Assembly: GCF_904830955.1 (NCBI RefSeq)
Contig: NZ_LR882970.1
From: Planktothrix tepida
GTDB lineage: Bacteria > Cyanobacteriota > Cyanobacteriia > Cyanobacteriales > Microcoleaceae
DNA length: 64,000 nucleotides
Strand: one strand, 5' to 3'
Below the pieces are notes generated by a model. It saw only the letters and a program-made list of their open reading frames with translations. It made no database searches and had not been told where the DNA came from. Positions 10,124 through 20,428 of the stretch are shown here, piece after piece (position 1 is the stretch's first letter; each line of letters opens with the position of its first letter). The translations under genes and the position numbers were made by a program.

Positions 10124-11587
10124 ATGAAAGCAATCATGATTGTGGGAACTACTTCCCATGCTGGAAAATCCATGATGGTCACGGCCATTTGTCGAATTTT
10201 ACATCGTCGCGGTGTGCGGGTTGCTCCCTTTAAAGGGCAAAATATGGCTCTGAATTCCTATGTTTCTCCGGCCGGATCAGAAATGGGTTATGCTCAAGCG
10301 GTGCAAGCCTGGGCGGCGGGAGTGACTCCTTCTGTTTCTATGAATCCTATTTTATTAAAACCTCAAGGAAATATGACCTCTCAGGTAATTTTAAAAGGCA
10401 AACCTGTGGGAGTTGTACAAGCGAGTGATTATTATGAACACTATTTTGATCGGGGTTGGCAAACGATTACTGAATGTTTAGACTATTTAACCCAGGAATT
10501 TGATATTTTAGTTTGTGAAGGTGCTGGCAGTCCCGCCGAAATTAATCTCAAACATCGAGATTTAACGAATATGCGGGTGGCCAAATATTTGAATGCCAAA
10601 ACGTTATTAGTGGTTGATATTGATCGCGGGGGGGCCTTTGCTCATGTTGTGGGAACTTTGCAATTGTTAGACTCCGATGAACGGGCATTAATTAAAGGAA
10701 TTATTATTAATAAATTTAGAGGACAGCGATCGCTATTAGAATCGGGGATAAAATGGTTAGAGGAGTATACGGGAATTCCGGTTGTTGCGGTTATTCCTTG
10801 GATTGATCATCCCTTCCCCGCAGAAGATTCTTTAAGTTTATTAGATCGTCGTCCGAGTTCCTCCCAAGCGGAATTAACCATTGCCGTTATCCGATTTCCT
10901 CGCATTGCTAATTTTACAGATTTTGATCCCCTAGATGCTGAAACCAGCGTTAAAATTAAGTATGTGATGCCTTCTGACACTTTAGGACATCCCGATGCCG
11001 TCATTCTTCCAGGGTCTAAAACGACTATCTCTGACTTGCAAGTCTTAAAACAATCGGGAATGGCAAATCAAATTAAAAATTATGTTGAGGCGGGGGGTCA
11101 GGTCATGGGAATTTGTGGCGGTTATCAAATGTTAGGAAAAATTGTGTCAGATCCCTATGGTTTAGAAGGACAACAGGGGGATTATGAAGGTTTAGGATTA
11201 TTACCGACTAAAACCGTTATGTCCACTCAAAAAACCTCCCGTCAACGGTTGGTTTCATCCCATTATCCCCAAGAAGGTTTACCTGTTGAAGGATATGAAA
11301 TTCATCAAGGACGAACTCAATTGTTAGATTCTAACGATATTTCTCCTTTATTTAATGACCCGAATTTAGGATTTGTTAATCAGCAAAAATCGATTTGGGG
11401 TCATTATTTACATGGGGTTTTTGATAATGGCCCTTGGCGACGAACCTGGTTAAATCATCTACGAAAACCCAGAGGGTTAAATGCTTTACCCACTGGAATT
11501 GCTAATTATCGAGAACAGCGAGAATTGTTATTAGATTTATTAGCAGATACAGTAGATTCCTATTTAGATTTGAGATCGGTTTTATAG
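10124..11587 (+). CDS. cobQ: Cobyric acid synthase
   Basis: The N-terminal IMIVGTTSHAGKS P-loop is present. The C-terminal glutamine amidotransferase domain carries GICGGYQMLG. Confidence 0.9.
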   Translation: MKAIMIVGTTSHAGKSMMVTAICRILHRRGVRVAPFKGQNMALNSYVSPAGSEMGYAQAVQAWAAGVTPSVSMNPILLKPQGNMTSQVILKGKPVGVVQASDYYEHYFDRGWQTITECLDYLTQEFDILVCEGAGSPAEINLKHRDLTNMRVAKYLNAKTLLVVDIDRGGAFAHVVGTLQLLDSDERALIKGIIINKFRGQRSLLESGIKWLEEYTGIPVVAVIPWIDHPFPAEDSLSLLDRRPSSSQAELTIAVIRFPRIANFTDFDPLDAETSVKIKYVMPSDTLGHPDAVILPGSKTTISDLQVLKQSGMANQIKNYVEAGGQVMGICGGYQMLGKIVSDPYGLEGQQGDYEGLGLLPTKTVMSTQKTSRQRLVSSHYPQEGLPVEGYEIHQGRTQLLDSNDISPLFNDPNLGFVNQQKSIWGHYLHGVFDNGPWRRTWLNHLRKPRGLNALPTGIANYREQRELLLDLLADTVDSYLDLRSVL

Positions 11588-11611
11588 AAGTCAACCTCAA
11601 CAACAGTCAAC

Positions 11612-11845
11612 ATGAAAATCCATTTCTTACCCGATAAAGTTACCGTTGAAGCCCAACCTGGAGAACCTTTATTAGCCGTCGCCGAACGCGCCGGAGTTGT
11701 AATTCCCACTGGATGTTTAATGGGGTCTTGTCATGCTTGTGAAGTGGAACTAGACGAAGATAATTTTATCTGTGCTTGCATTTCTTCCGTTCCCTCTGGA
11801 AAAGCGGAAATCACCATTAATATTTATAGTGATCCTACTTGGTAA
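11612..11845 (+). CDS. Small 2Fe-2S ferredoxin-like protein
   Basis: 77 aa with Cys residues in a CxxGxCxxC-like arrangement (GCLMGSCHACE). It is probably co-transcribed with cobQ, 24 bp downstream. Confidence 0.55.
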   Translation: MKIHFLPDKVTVEAQPGEPLLAVAERAGVVIPTGCLMGSCHACEVELDEDNFICACISSVPSGKAEITINIYSDPTW

Positions 11846-11961
11846 ATGTTATAGCGCTACTTGAAGAGGGAAAAGTAAGAAGTGAAAGGGTTTCAGGTTT
11901 CACTCAATACTCCCATGCGTAGCACTATATAGCCAGAAATTTTGATAACAGAACAACCCGA

Positions 11962-11990
11962 TGAATAAAAATCAAGGGCTTGCGCCCTGG
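11962..11990 (-). terminator. Intrinsic terminator for the minus-strand tRNA-Leu
   Basis: Hairpin caagggc-ttgc-gccctgg at 11973-11990. On the minus strand it is followed by ATTTTTATT. Confidence 0.5.
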
Positions 11991-12022
11991 GATTTTCAGC
12001 CCAGCTTTTTAAAGCTGATTAA

Positions 12023-12104
12023 TGGGCGGAGAGAGACTCGAACTCTCACGACCGAAGCCGCCGCATTTTGAGTGCGGTGCGTCTACCAATTCCGCCACCC
12101 GCCC
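12023..12104 (-). tRNA. tRNA-Leu (anticodon CAA), type II with a long variable arm. No encoded CCA.
   Basis: The minus strand reads GGGCGGGTGGCGGAATTGGTAGACGC...CTCAAAA...GGTTCGAGTC...CCGCCCA. It has a 7-bp acceptor stem and a GTTCGAGTC T-loop. The anticodon loop CT-CAA-AA gives anticodon CAA. Confidence 0.85.
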
Positions 12105-12961
12105 TTGTTTGGGTTAGCTTCACTATTATAAACCATAAAGTTTCGTTTTAGCAAGTCCTGATAATTAGGACTACTCGACCAACGATCAATTTCTCTGGCT
12201 CGCAAGACCGGAAGGGGATGGGTTAACTGGGCAGTTTGAGCTTGCTGAAGGAGTTCTCCCAATTCTGTGCGACTAATTTGATCATACGTCCGGGCTTGGG
12301 CAACAAAGGCATCTAAATTCAGTTGCGAAGCTAAACTGGGAGAACCCCCCGACAGTTTCATCAACACCGACATTACGACTCTCGGATCTTGAGTTGCTAA
12401 TAGGGCTGCGCGATCGCAAGTAAACTCAGCACAACGCAACCATTCCATTAACTGCGCTTGTAACCCCTGAGCCAAAATTGTTCCCCAAGGAGACAATTGA
12501 TTCGCCGCTAAGACCACTAAATTCGCTAAGGTTAAATATACCCCATGTTCGCATTTTAAATGTCCTAACTCATGGGCAATTACCGCTTGAATTTCTTCCG
12601 AGGTTAATAACTCAATTAACGACGTATGAATGACAATAAACGGTTGTTTTCCCCGCATCGCAAAAGTATAAGCATTGGGAACCGGATGTTGGCGAATATA
12701 AAGTTGAGGCGGTTCTAAATCTAAAGTTTTGCAAGCCTCTAATAATAATTGATGAAGATCAGGTAATTGTTGATCACTAACTAAAATACTAGACGCAATA
12801 TTTTCTAAATAAAAAAACTGTTCCCCGACACCGCCTAAAATTTGCCGGACTAATAAATCTAAACCGGGCAATTGTTTCAAAGCATTGGTCGCTTGTAAAT
12901 CCAACGGATGACGGAAATGATCGGCTCGGAGTCCTATTAAAGGGGTCGTTGAAAACGTCAT
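12083..12961 (-). CDS. M48-family zinc metallopeptidase (HtpX-like)
   Basis: The HELGHLKCEH HExxH motif is present. 292 aa. The 3' end overlaps the tRNA-Leu 5' half by 22 nt. Confidence 0.75.
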   Translation of the reverse strand: MTFSTTPLIGLRADHFRHPLDLQATNALKQLPGLDLLVRQILGGVGEQFFYLENIASSILVSDQQLPDLHQLLLEACKTLDLEPPQLYIRQHPVPNAYTFAMRGKQPFIVIHTSLIELLTSEEIQAVIAHELGHLKCEHGVYLTLANLVVLAANQLSPWGTILAQGLQAQLMEWLRCAEFTCDRAALLATQDPRVVMSVLMKLSGGSPSLASQLNLDAFVAQARTYDQISRTELGELLQQAQTAQLTHPLPVLRAREIDRWSSSPNYQDLLKRNFMVYNSEANPNKGGWRNW

Positions 12962-13123
12962 AGCTACATACAGATTAAAGTCAAACTATAACAAATCTAA
13001 CGTCTGCCTGATCAAAATTGGGTGGGTTGTGAGTTGTAATTAACCCTAAAACGCACCCTAAACAACTCACAACAAACACTCCATTTTTGAGGTTAAGCGA
13101 CTGTCTGCTAACAGATCAGTTGC

Positions 13124-14497
13124 TTATTCCTTTTCTATTAGCGCATGATCAATACGCTGGAGTTTGGCTCCTAATTGTCGGAGTTTAGCTTCCAATTGTT
13201 CATAACCCCGATCCAAATGTTTTAACTCCTGAATGGTGGTTTCTCCCTCCGCCGCTAAAGCCGCTAGGACTAAAGCCGCAGAAGCGCGTAAGTCGGTTGC
13301 TGTTACAGGTGCGCCCGATAAAAACGGAACTCCTCGAACTAAGGCAGTCGTTCCCTTAACCCGAATATCTGCACCCATGCGGCTCAGTTCAGGAACATGA
13401 CCAAACCGATTTTCAAACACCGTTTCGCTGATCAAGCTATTGCCTTCACACAGCGTTAACAGAGCCATAAAGGGGGCTTGCATATCCGTAGGAAATCCCG
13501 GATAGGGTAGGGTTTCAATGTCCGTTGCCGTTAAATTCTCCACCGGGAGAATGCGTAAATGGTTTGACCCTTCCATCTGGATTTTGACCCCAATGGCTTT
13601 GAGTTTAGCCAGTACCGGAGTCAAATGTTCTGGAATAATGGGAGATAAACTAATTTCAGAGCGGGTGATGGCTCCTGCTATTAAAAAAGTTCCGGCTTCT
13701 ATTCGATCAGGAATAATCGAATAATCGGCTGAATGCAGACTAGGAACCCCAGAAATCACAATGGTTTTAGTTCCAGCCCCCTGAATTTTTGCTCCCATCG
13801 CACAACAGAAGTTGGCTAAATCGATGACTTCCGGTTCTTGGGCGGCATTTTCGAGAATGGTTTCTCCCTCGGCGAGGGTTGCTGCCATCATCAAAGTTTC
13901 CGTTGCTCCCACACTGGGATAATCCAGATAAATACGAGCACCTTTGAGTCGGGGGTTATATCCCTTAACATGAGCATGAACAATGCCATGATCAATATGA
14001 ACTTCAGCCCCTAAAGCTTGCAGTCCCCGAACATGAAGATCTACAGGTCTAGCTCCAATGGCACAACCTCCTGGTAAGGGAACTCTGGCTACCCCTAAAC
14101 GAGCGAGTATTGGCCCAATGGCAAAGAAACTAGCCCGGAGTTGGCTGACGAGTTCATAGGGAGCTTGTGACTCTGATAATTGACCCGCTTTAATATCGAG
14201 AACATCACCCTGACGGTCGATTTTAACCCCCAGCGCCGTGAGAATTTCACTCATGCGGTTGACATCAACCAAGGAGGGAACGTTACGAAGCCGACAATCT
14301 TCAGAACACAGCAATGCACCGGCCATTAAAACTAAAGCGGAATTTTTAGCCCCGCTAATCGAAACATGACCTTGTAGGGGTTGATTCCCCCAAATTTTTA
14401 GAATGGACTGGTTAGGATTGGACGCAGTAGCGAGATTTGATGAGCGTATAGCGAGTGTAATGGGCTTATCCTCCAAAAATGGGTTGTACGTTAACAT
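13124..14497 (-). CDS. murA: UDP-N-acetylglucosamine 1-carboxyvinyltransferase
   Basis: [31 protein letters not shown] and the active-site region around Cys (LPGGCAIG) are present. 457 aa. Confidence 0.9.
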   Translation of the reverse strand: MLTYNPFLEDKPITLAIRSSNLATASNPNQSILKIWGNQPLQGHVSISGAKNSALVLMAGALLCSEDCRLRNVPSLVDVNRMSEILTALGVKIDRQGDVLDIKAGQLSESQAPYELVSQLRASFFAIGPILARLGVARVPLPGGCAIGARPVDLHVRGLQALGAEVHIDHGIVHAHVKGYNPRLKGARIYLDYPSVGATETLMMAATLAEGETILENAAQEPEVIDLANFCCAMGAKIQGAGTKTIVISGVPSLHSADYSIIPDRIEAGTFLIAGAITRSEISLSPIIPEHLTPVLAKLKAIGVKIQMEGSNHLRILPVENLTATDIETLPYPGFPTDMQAPFMALLTLCEGNSLISETVFENRFGHVPELSRMGADIRVKGTTALVRGVPFLSGAPVTATDLRASAALVLAALAAEGETTIQELKHLDRGYEQLEAKLRQLGAKLQRIDHALIEKE

Positions 14498-14918
14498 TCG
14501 TTAATTTTTTGTTCTGATTCTACCGAAAAGATTCCAGATGTCTAGGGGTAAACAGTCATTAATTGGTAATCTATGACCCGGAATCACTCTGAGGGAGGGG
14601 TTTTATCGGAATATTAATCTTGGAATACCCAACTTAGAAATCATCAAGGATATTTAAAGATTGGGTTGTAAGTCCCCCCCTGAATTTTATACTCAGATTA
14701 GAAACTCCCAGCAAAATTTTCTGTATCAACTGATTGATCAGTTCCTCAACGATAGCCAAGCGGTTATATTACAAAACCCTTGATCCCCAGAGCGGAGTTC
14801 ATGAGCATAACAGATCAAAAGCAATTTCTAATGTAGGGTGGGAAACATTCACTTTATGATCCTCTAAATTAGAATACAACGGTTGAAAGATAGCGCACGT
14901 CAGACGAAGGAGAAATAA

Positions 14919-16010
14919 TTGATTATGCAAATTGGGATTCCGAAAGAAATTAAAGATCAGGAATTTCGGGTGGGATTGAGTCCCGGTAGTGTGCGAGTGT
15001 GCTGTGAACGAGGTCATCAAGTTTTTGTGGAAATGGGTGCAGGGAATGGCGCTGGGTTTACCGATGAGGATTATACACGAGCCGGAGCCATAATTGTTGA
15101 ATCTCCGGCTGATGCTTGGTGTCGGGAACTGGTGGTGAAAGTCAAAGAACCCTTACCCCCGGAATATGAGTTAATCCAGAAAGAACAACTCTTATTTACT
15201 TATTTACATTTAGCCGCAGATCGGGAACTAACCGAACAGTTAATTCATAAGGGTGTCCATGCCATCGCCTATGAAACCGTAGAACTTCCTGATGGTCGCT
15301 TGCCTTTACTAACTCCAATGAGTATTATCGCGGGACGGTTATCGATTCAGTTTGGGGCTCGTTTTTTAGAACGACAACAGGGAGGACGGGGGGTTTTATT
15401 AGGGGGAATTCCTGGGGTAAAAGCTGCCACTGTTGTGATTTTAGGGGGAGGTGTGGTTGGCACAGAAGCGGCTAGAATTGCCCTAGGGATGGGGGCTAAA
15501 GTGCAAATTTTAGATGTGAATGTGGAGCGATTAGCTTATTTAGAAACGGTGTTTGGATCGAGTGTGGAATTACTCTACAGTCATTTATCCCAAATTGAAG
15601 AAAGTGTTCCCCAAGCAGATTTATTAATTGGTGCGGTTTTAATCTTAGGAAAACGCGCCCCTAAATTAGTTTCTCGTGAGTTAGTTGCTCAAATGCGCCC
15701 CGGTTCTGTCATTGTGGATGTGGCAGTAGATCAAGGAGGGTGTATTGAAACCTTACGGCCTACGTCCCATAGCCATCCGACTTATATTGAAGAAAAGGTG
15801 GTACATTATGGCGTTCCTAATATGCCCGGTGCTGTGCCTTGGACAGCGACCCAAGCCTTGAATAATAGTACCTTACCTTATGTTCTTCAGTTAGCGGATC
15901 GGGGACTCAAAGCATTAGAATTGAACCCGGTTTTAGCCAAAGGTTTAAATGTGGAAAATCACCATTTAGTCCATCCGGCTGTTCGGGAAGTTTTTCCTGA
16001 TTTAGTTTAA
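14919..16010 (+). CDS. ald: Alanine dehydrogenase
   Basis: The IGIPKEIKDQEFRVGLSP N-terminus and the NAD-binding motif VVILGGGVVGTEAA are present. 363 aa. Confidence 0.9.
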   Translation: MIMQIGIPKEIKDQEFRVGLSPGSVRVCCERGHQVFVEMGAGNGAGFTDEDYTRAGAIIVESPADAWCRELVVKVKEPLPPEYELIQKEQLLFTYLHLAADRELTEQLIHKGVHAIAYETVELPDGRLPLLTPMSIIAGRLSIQFGARFLERQQGGRGVLLGGIPGVKAATVVILGGGVVGTEAARIALGMGAKVQILDVNVERLAYLETVFGSSVELLYSHLSQIEESVPQADLLIGAVLILGKRAPKLVSRELVAQMRPGSVIVDVAVDQGGCIETLRPTSHSHPTYIEEKVVHYGVPNMPGAVPWTATQALNNSTLPYVLQLADRGLKALELNPVLAKGLNVENHHLVHPAVREVFPDLV

Positions 16011-16056
16011 AGGAACAGCTTAACTGGGAATAGGGAATAGGGAATAAAAATTTGGA

Positions 16057-16974
16057 TTAACGGGAAATTCCGACTTGTTTTAAAACTGTTAGGGGGTGAT
16101 AGGATTTCAGCCATTGTAGTTGTTGGGAATTTCTGACTAATAATCCTCCCGCAAACCCTAAAGAATTAATTGAAATACCCTCAAACTCTTCTTGAGATCG
16201 AGGAACAATCATCATCCAATTTCGGGTGGCTAATAAATTATAAGCTCCTGATTGAAAGGGATGATCGTCAACGGATAAACCCACGGCTGATAATAATGCA
16301 AAATACAATTCTAGGGTAAAAATTGAGGCTTCTGATGGGGTATGAATCCAATTGGGATTAAAAGAGGCGATCGCATGAACAAATGGAAATTCGAGAATGA
16401 TGCCAATAGAATTTTTAAATTGTACAGAAGTGATCGCGGGTTCAATGGGAAGATTTAAGCCATCGGGAACTAAGGGGAAAGGAACTAATTGTAAATGTTT
16501 ATGCCGTTGACTTGCTCCCGCTAATTTACCCCCATTATAAAACATTAATCCATCAATTTCTGCTAAACCCATCCACATAGCTGCAAAATCGGCTTGAGTC
16601 AGCCAGGTTTCTTGTTCTTCAAATTCGCGGGTTACAATTAATAAATGATGCTCAACTACATTAAATTTATTCAGTAAACATAAATGAGTTTTCGATAAAT
16701 CAGCAACAAATAAATCTTTTTCATAAGGAAGAAAAGGGTTAAACTCTTTCCCGGATTTCTCTATTTTTTTTTGCTGTTTCTTCGCTTGTTCCTTACGCGC
16801 TAAGTTAGCTAAAATTCTGACTAAAAAGCGAATATCCCCCTCTTCAATAAAATCATAATCTGTTGCAATTGATTGAAGAGCACCACAGTTGAGAGCATAT
16901 TCAGTTTGAGTAATAATCCGTTGCCATAATGTACCTGTTGGCAAGACTGAGGTTGCTGCTGTCTCTGTTGTCAT
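16057..16974 (-). CDS. ATP adenylyltransferase / Ap4A phosphorylase-II family protein (HIT-like GalT branch)
   Basis: The HKHLQ sequence (HxHxQ nucleotidyl-transfer motif) lies in the C-terminal domain (QRHKHLQLVPFP). A lysine-rich linker is present. 305 aa. Confidence 0.6.
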   Translation of the reverse strand: MTTETAATSVLPTGTLWQRIITQTEYALNCGALQSIATDYDFIEEGDIRFLVRILANLARKEQAKKQQKKIEKSGKEFNPFLPYEKDLFVADLSKTHLCLLNKFNVVEHHLLIVTREFEEQETWLTQADFAAMWMGLAEIDGLMFYNGGKLAGASQRHKHLQLVPFPLVPDGLNLPIEPAITSVQFKNSIGIILEFPFVHAIASFNPNWIHTPSEASIFTLELYFALLSAVGLSVDDHPFQSGAYNLLATRNWMMIVPRSQEEFEGISINSLGFAGGLLVRNSQQLQWLKSYHPLTVLKQVGISR

Positions 16975-17190
16975 TTTAATCTAAATTGGAATTGAGGTCT
17001 TCTTCCTATCTTAAATTAATTCAGCACTTTATTATCAATAGGGAAAAGGGAACAGAGGGGATAGGAAAAAGTGATTAGCCACCCTAGCAAGTATTTGTAG
17101 TCAACATTGAAGGATGGAATCTCACCCCCTTCTTCCTATGAGTCGGGGGTTGAAGCAGAGATCAAACCCATCTAAAATTCCAATTTTGAG

Positions 17191-17946
17191 TTACCCACAA
17201 GAACGGGACACTTTAGTTTTTAATAACTCATCTAAACTGGGGTCTTGAATCTGAAGTGAGGAAGATTCCATCAGAGCATCTGACCATAACTGATGTTCCA
17301 CAAAATATTGAATCCGAGCTAAAGTAATTGCTTCTGCGGTTGCTTTTTGTTGATGCAGTTGCGTTTCTAATTGTTCTAAATCCTGCTGAATTTTCTGGTG
17401 TTGATGGGTTTCTATGACTTTAAAAGTTAAAGAGTCACGGGGAAAATCACTGATATCAGGATTAGAGATATCATAAAGTGATAATTGATAGGTTTCTCCG
17501 GGTTGAAGTGGTTCTCCCGTATAGGAAATACTTTGCTTAGAATCCGAAATATTTTGACTCCAAATTAAAGTCTCATTGTCATCAGAATGCAGTTCTACAT
17601 ATTTAATATCCCCTCGCCAAATAAAGGTAGGTTTGTCACTCCAAATTTCACTATCAACCTGATTATTATTAGGTTGGGTTAGAGGAACAATTGTACAAAT
17701 TTCATTTCCCCGTGAACCCCCAGGAGAATAGACAGGCGGTTCATGATTAGTCGTTGAAGAATCCTGATTAGCAAGCTGATACAATTCTTCCCAAGCAGGG
17801 GAAATCTTTTTAAATTCTGAAGGATGAAACGTGGGTTCACTCAAGGCGGGAGAGATAACCGAAAATCCCATTATGCTTACCAAGGTTGTGCATCTCCAAA
17901 GAGAACGCACAAAGTTGAACTTAGCCATAAAATTTCCTTTCCACAA
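17191..17946 (-). CDS. Secreted hypothetical protein (DUF928-like), last gene of the CHAT-CHASE2 operon
   Basis: It has an N-terminal signal peptide (VSIMGFSVISPALS). 251 aa. Its start overlaps the stop of the upstream CHAT-CHASE2 gene. The family assignment is from memory of cyanobacterial DUF928 proteins, not a computed match. Confidence 0.5.
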   Translation of the reverse strand: MWKGNFMAKFNFVRSLWRCTTLVSIMGFSVISPALSEPTFHPSEFKKISPAWEELYQLANQDSSTTNHEPPVYSPGGSRGNEICTIVPLTQPNNNQVDSEIWSDKPTFIWRGDIKYVELHSDDNETLIWSQNISDSKQSISYTGEPLQPGETYQLSLYDISNPDISDFPRDSLTFKVIETHQHQKIQQDLEQLETQLHQQKATAEAITLARIQYFVEHQLWSDALMESSSLQIQDPSLDELLKTKVSRSCG

Positions 17947-20428
17947 ATGTCAGAAAAATATACATCCAAAACATCAAGGCTGGTAACACCCAAGGAAGCA
18001 AAAGTTCGCCTGTAATATAAACCTGTACACTCACTAATCCATATATTCCTGTTAATCCCACAAACACCAGGATATACTTTATTTTTTGAGGACGAACTGT
18101 TGCTAAGGATAAGGTCGCTCCTTTTCCGAATAAAGCGGCAATTAAAATCAGCAAAAGGTCAGGAATGGGAATCACAAATCGTTGCTGAATAAAGTGATGA
18201 GTCATGTAAGCATGAACTTCACCTCCCGGTAAGACTTGGCGATAATTGCGTGGTGTTTCCTGAGAATACCAATAATTTAATGCCATAGGTAAAGGAAAAT
18301 TATCTTGACCTTCTGTTGCAATTCCGGCTTCACCATATCCCCCTGGTGCAATTAGAACGACAAAGGGAGTAGAAAGTTTCAAGGTAGACTCTGGAGACTC
18401 AAATAATTGCCAAGCGGGAAGACTTTGATAAACTTGTTTTGGGGGAATTGAAAAATCAATCAGGGGATGAAACCACCATTGCTTTAATAAATATGCCCAA
18501 TTTGTGATCGGTTGTAAACGTGCTTTTGATGAAAATAACCTTTGATAATCTGTTCCGGTATTATCAATTAAATAGGCTTTTAAATGGGATAGCCAATCAA
18601 CGGATGAGTCCAGTTGAGGGGCAGGGGTAGATTCTCGTTCTTGAAAGTTTAATTGATACGCTAAAGCCAATAAATAAGCGAAGGGTAAAGGTTGTTGTCG
18701 AGAGTCAGGAAGAGGCAGTAAGGTGGTATAGAGGGGAGGATAACCTAATATTCTTAAATCGCCTTGTAAGCTCCAATTAGGACTCGCTAATTCGGGTAAG
18801 GTTTCAAACCATCCTCCGGTGGGATTTTTACTCGTTCCAAATATTAACCAAGTTTGATGATTTTGAACTGCATTTTGTAAAGATTGGGATAAGATGGGAT
18901 CGTTTTGAGGTTGATGACGATCTAATAAATAATCAATGCCAATTACTTGCATATTGAGTTTAATTAAATGATTAATAATCTCAGCTAAATAACTTCGATC
19001 CATCGGTCTTGGATTAGAAATTTTAGCTTTTAGAATAGATTTTTCATCAATTAAAATTAGTAGAATTGGGGGAGAGGATTGAGTTGGAATTTGATGAGTT
19101 AAATTTCGATAAATTGCTTGAATCAAAATTCGTCGTTCTAATAAAAAATTTTGAATAGGCGTTTGCCAAGCGATAACGCATAAGGTTGTTAGGGCAAGGA
19201 GTTCTTTTTTTGTGGGGAACCATCGTTTTAATCGTTGTTTCCAACTGAAGGCTTGTAATTTAAACGGAGGAGCTTTGGGATGGCGGAATAAGGAAGGAAT
19301 TAAATAGGCACTGGGATAAGTTAAATGTTTTTCTAATTTGAGGAATTGACAAGCGGATAATAAGGCATCATGGACATCATAATATTCCGTTAAGCTCCGA
19401 ATAAACCGTAATAAAAATTCTTGAGCCACTTGATTATGGATAGGTTCTCGCATAATCGCCACTTGATTTAATCCTAAATCAATCAAGGTATTCGCTAAAC
19501 TTAAACCATTACAAGAATTAAATAAGGCAAATTGTAAGCCTCGTTGTTTTGCAACAGTTAAGGGTTGAATCAGTTCGGATAAGGACAACGAAACTGAGGG
19601 CGCAATCCCTAATTCTCCTCCGGTTAATTCCGTTTCATTACTATGACCAGCAAATAGTAAAATATCCCAACCTTTTTGATCTTGAATAGCTTTAACGACT
19701 GCAAGTTTAACCTCCATTACAGTTTGTTGAGGTTGCCAACCGACAAACTGAATTTCTGCAATTGGAGCGAGCGCTCGCACCGCTTCTTTATCAGCTTGAA
19801 AATTTAACCCCGTTTCATCTCCTAAAATCACTAATACCCTAACTTTATTGCGGGTTGGTCGATGTTCGGGAGTCGTTGTAACCTGACGAATATTAATTGG
19901 TTGACGAACAATTCTAATTTTTCCAGTCGCCGCAAATTCTGTACCAATTTCCCACGCTTCCCAAGGAAGTCGAGCCACATCTATCGGGTCAGTGGTGAGA
20001 AACACATCAATATCTAATCCAACGCCACGCGGTAAAGTTTCTAAATTCTGCTTTGATGTCGCTTTAGCCAGAGTTGCTCGAATTTCATATAATTCTTCAT
20101 GTCTTAACCAGCGATGAAATTCATATAATAATTTTGCTTCTGCTTGAACTAATTTAGCGTGCCAATCTGTTTGGCTTTGGGTAAGTTTTCCGGTCGCTTC
20201 CACTCGACCTCGCAGTGCTTTCTGATAAAAACTCAAATAAATATATTGCCACTCTTGATACAGTTGAGTTAATCGTTCAGGATAGGGAAGCGTGACTCCC
20301 AAATTTTGCCCTTCCCCCCAAGATAATTGAAATAAGCAAACCTGCTCAACTCGTTGAACTTTGAGATAAAAAGGGGAAACAATGGCATTCATATTTAGGT
20401 TTTGAATCTTAATTGAAACTAAATTCAA
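17921..20428 (-). CDS. CHAT (caspase-like) protease domain fused to a membrane-anchored CHASE2 extracytoplasmic sensor domain
   Basis: The caspase-type catalytic dyad is present as LLFAGHSN (His) and ALFNSCNG (Cys). Downstream there is one TM segment, a CHASE2-like block (ILLILIDEKS...DRSYLAEIINHL...VIGIDYLLD) and three C-terminal TM helices. Confidence 0.8.
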   Translation of the reverse strand: MNLVSIKIQNLNMNAIVSPFYLKVQRVEQVCLFQLSWGEGQNLGVTLPYPERLTQLYQEWQYIYLSFYQKALRGRVEATGKLTQSQTDWHAKLVQAEAKLLYEFHRWLRHEELYEIRATLAKATSKQNLETLPRGVGLDIDVFLTTDPIDVARLPWEAWEIGTEFAATGKIRIVRQPINIRQVTTTPEHRPTRNKVRVLVILGDETGLNFQADKEAVRALAPIAEIQFVGWQPQQTVMEVKLAVVKAIQDQKGWDILLFAGHSNETELTGGELGIAPSVSLSLSELIQPLTVAKQRGLQFALFNSCNGLSLANTLIDLGLNQVAIMREPIHNQVAQEFLLRFIRSLTEYYDVHDALLSACQFLKLEKHLTYPSAYLIPSLFRHPKAPPFKLQAFSWKQRLKRWFPTKKELLALTTLCVIAWQTPIQNFLLERRILIQAIYRNLTHQIPTQSSPPILLILIDEKSILKAKISNPRPMDRSYLAEIINHLIKLNMQVIGIDYLLDRHQPQNDPILSQSLQNAVQNHQTWLIFGTSKNPTGGWFETLPELASPNWSLQGDLRILGYPPLYTTLLPLPDSRQQPLPFAYLLALAYQLNFQERESTPAPQLDSSVDWLSHLKAYLIDNTGTDYQRLFSSKARLQPITNWAYLLKQWWFHPLIDFSIPPKQVYQSLPAWQLFESPESTLKLSTPFVVLIAPGGYGEAGIATEGQDNFPLPMALNYWYSQETPRNYRQVLPGGEVHAYMTHHFIQQRFVIPIPDLLLILIAALFGKGATLSLATVRPQKIKYILVFVGLTGIYGLVSVQVYITGELLLPWVLPALMFWMYIFLTFVERKFYG

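Noticed and set aside
14498-14918. Possible mobile element or ncRNA in the 420-bp murA / ald divergent intergenic region
   Set aside because: No inverted repeats, transposase fragments or recognisable RNA motifs. It is more simply explained as two divergent promoters.
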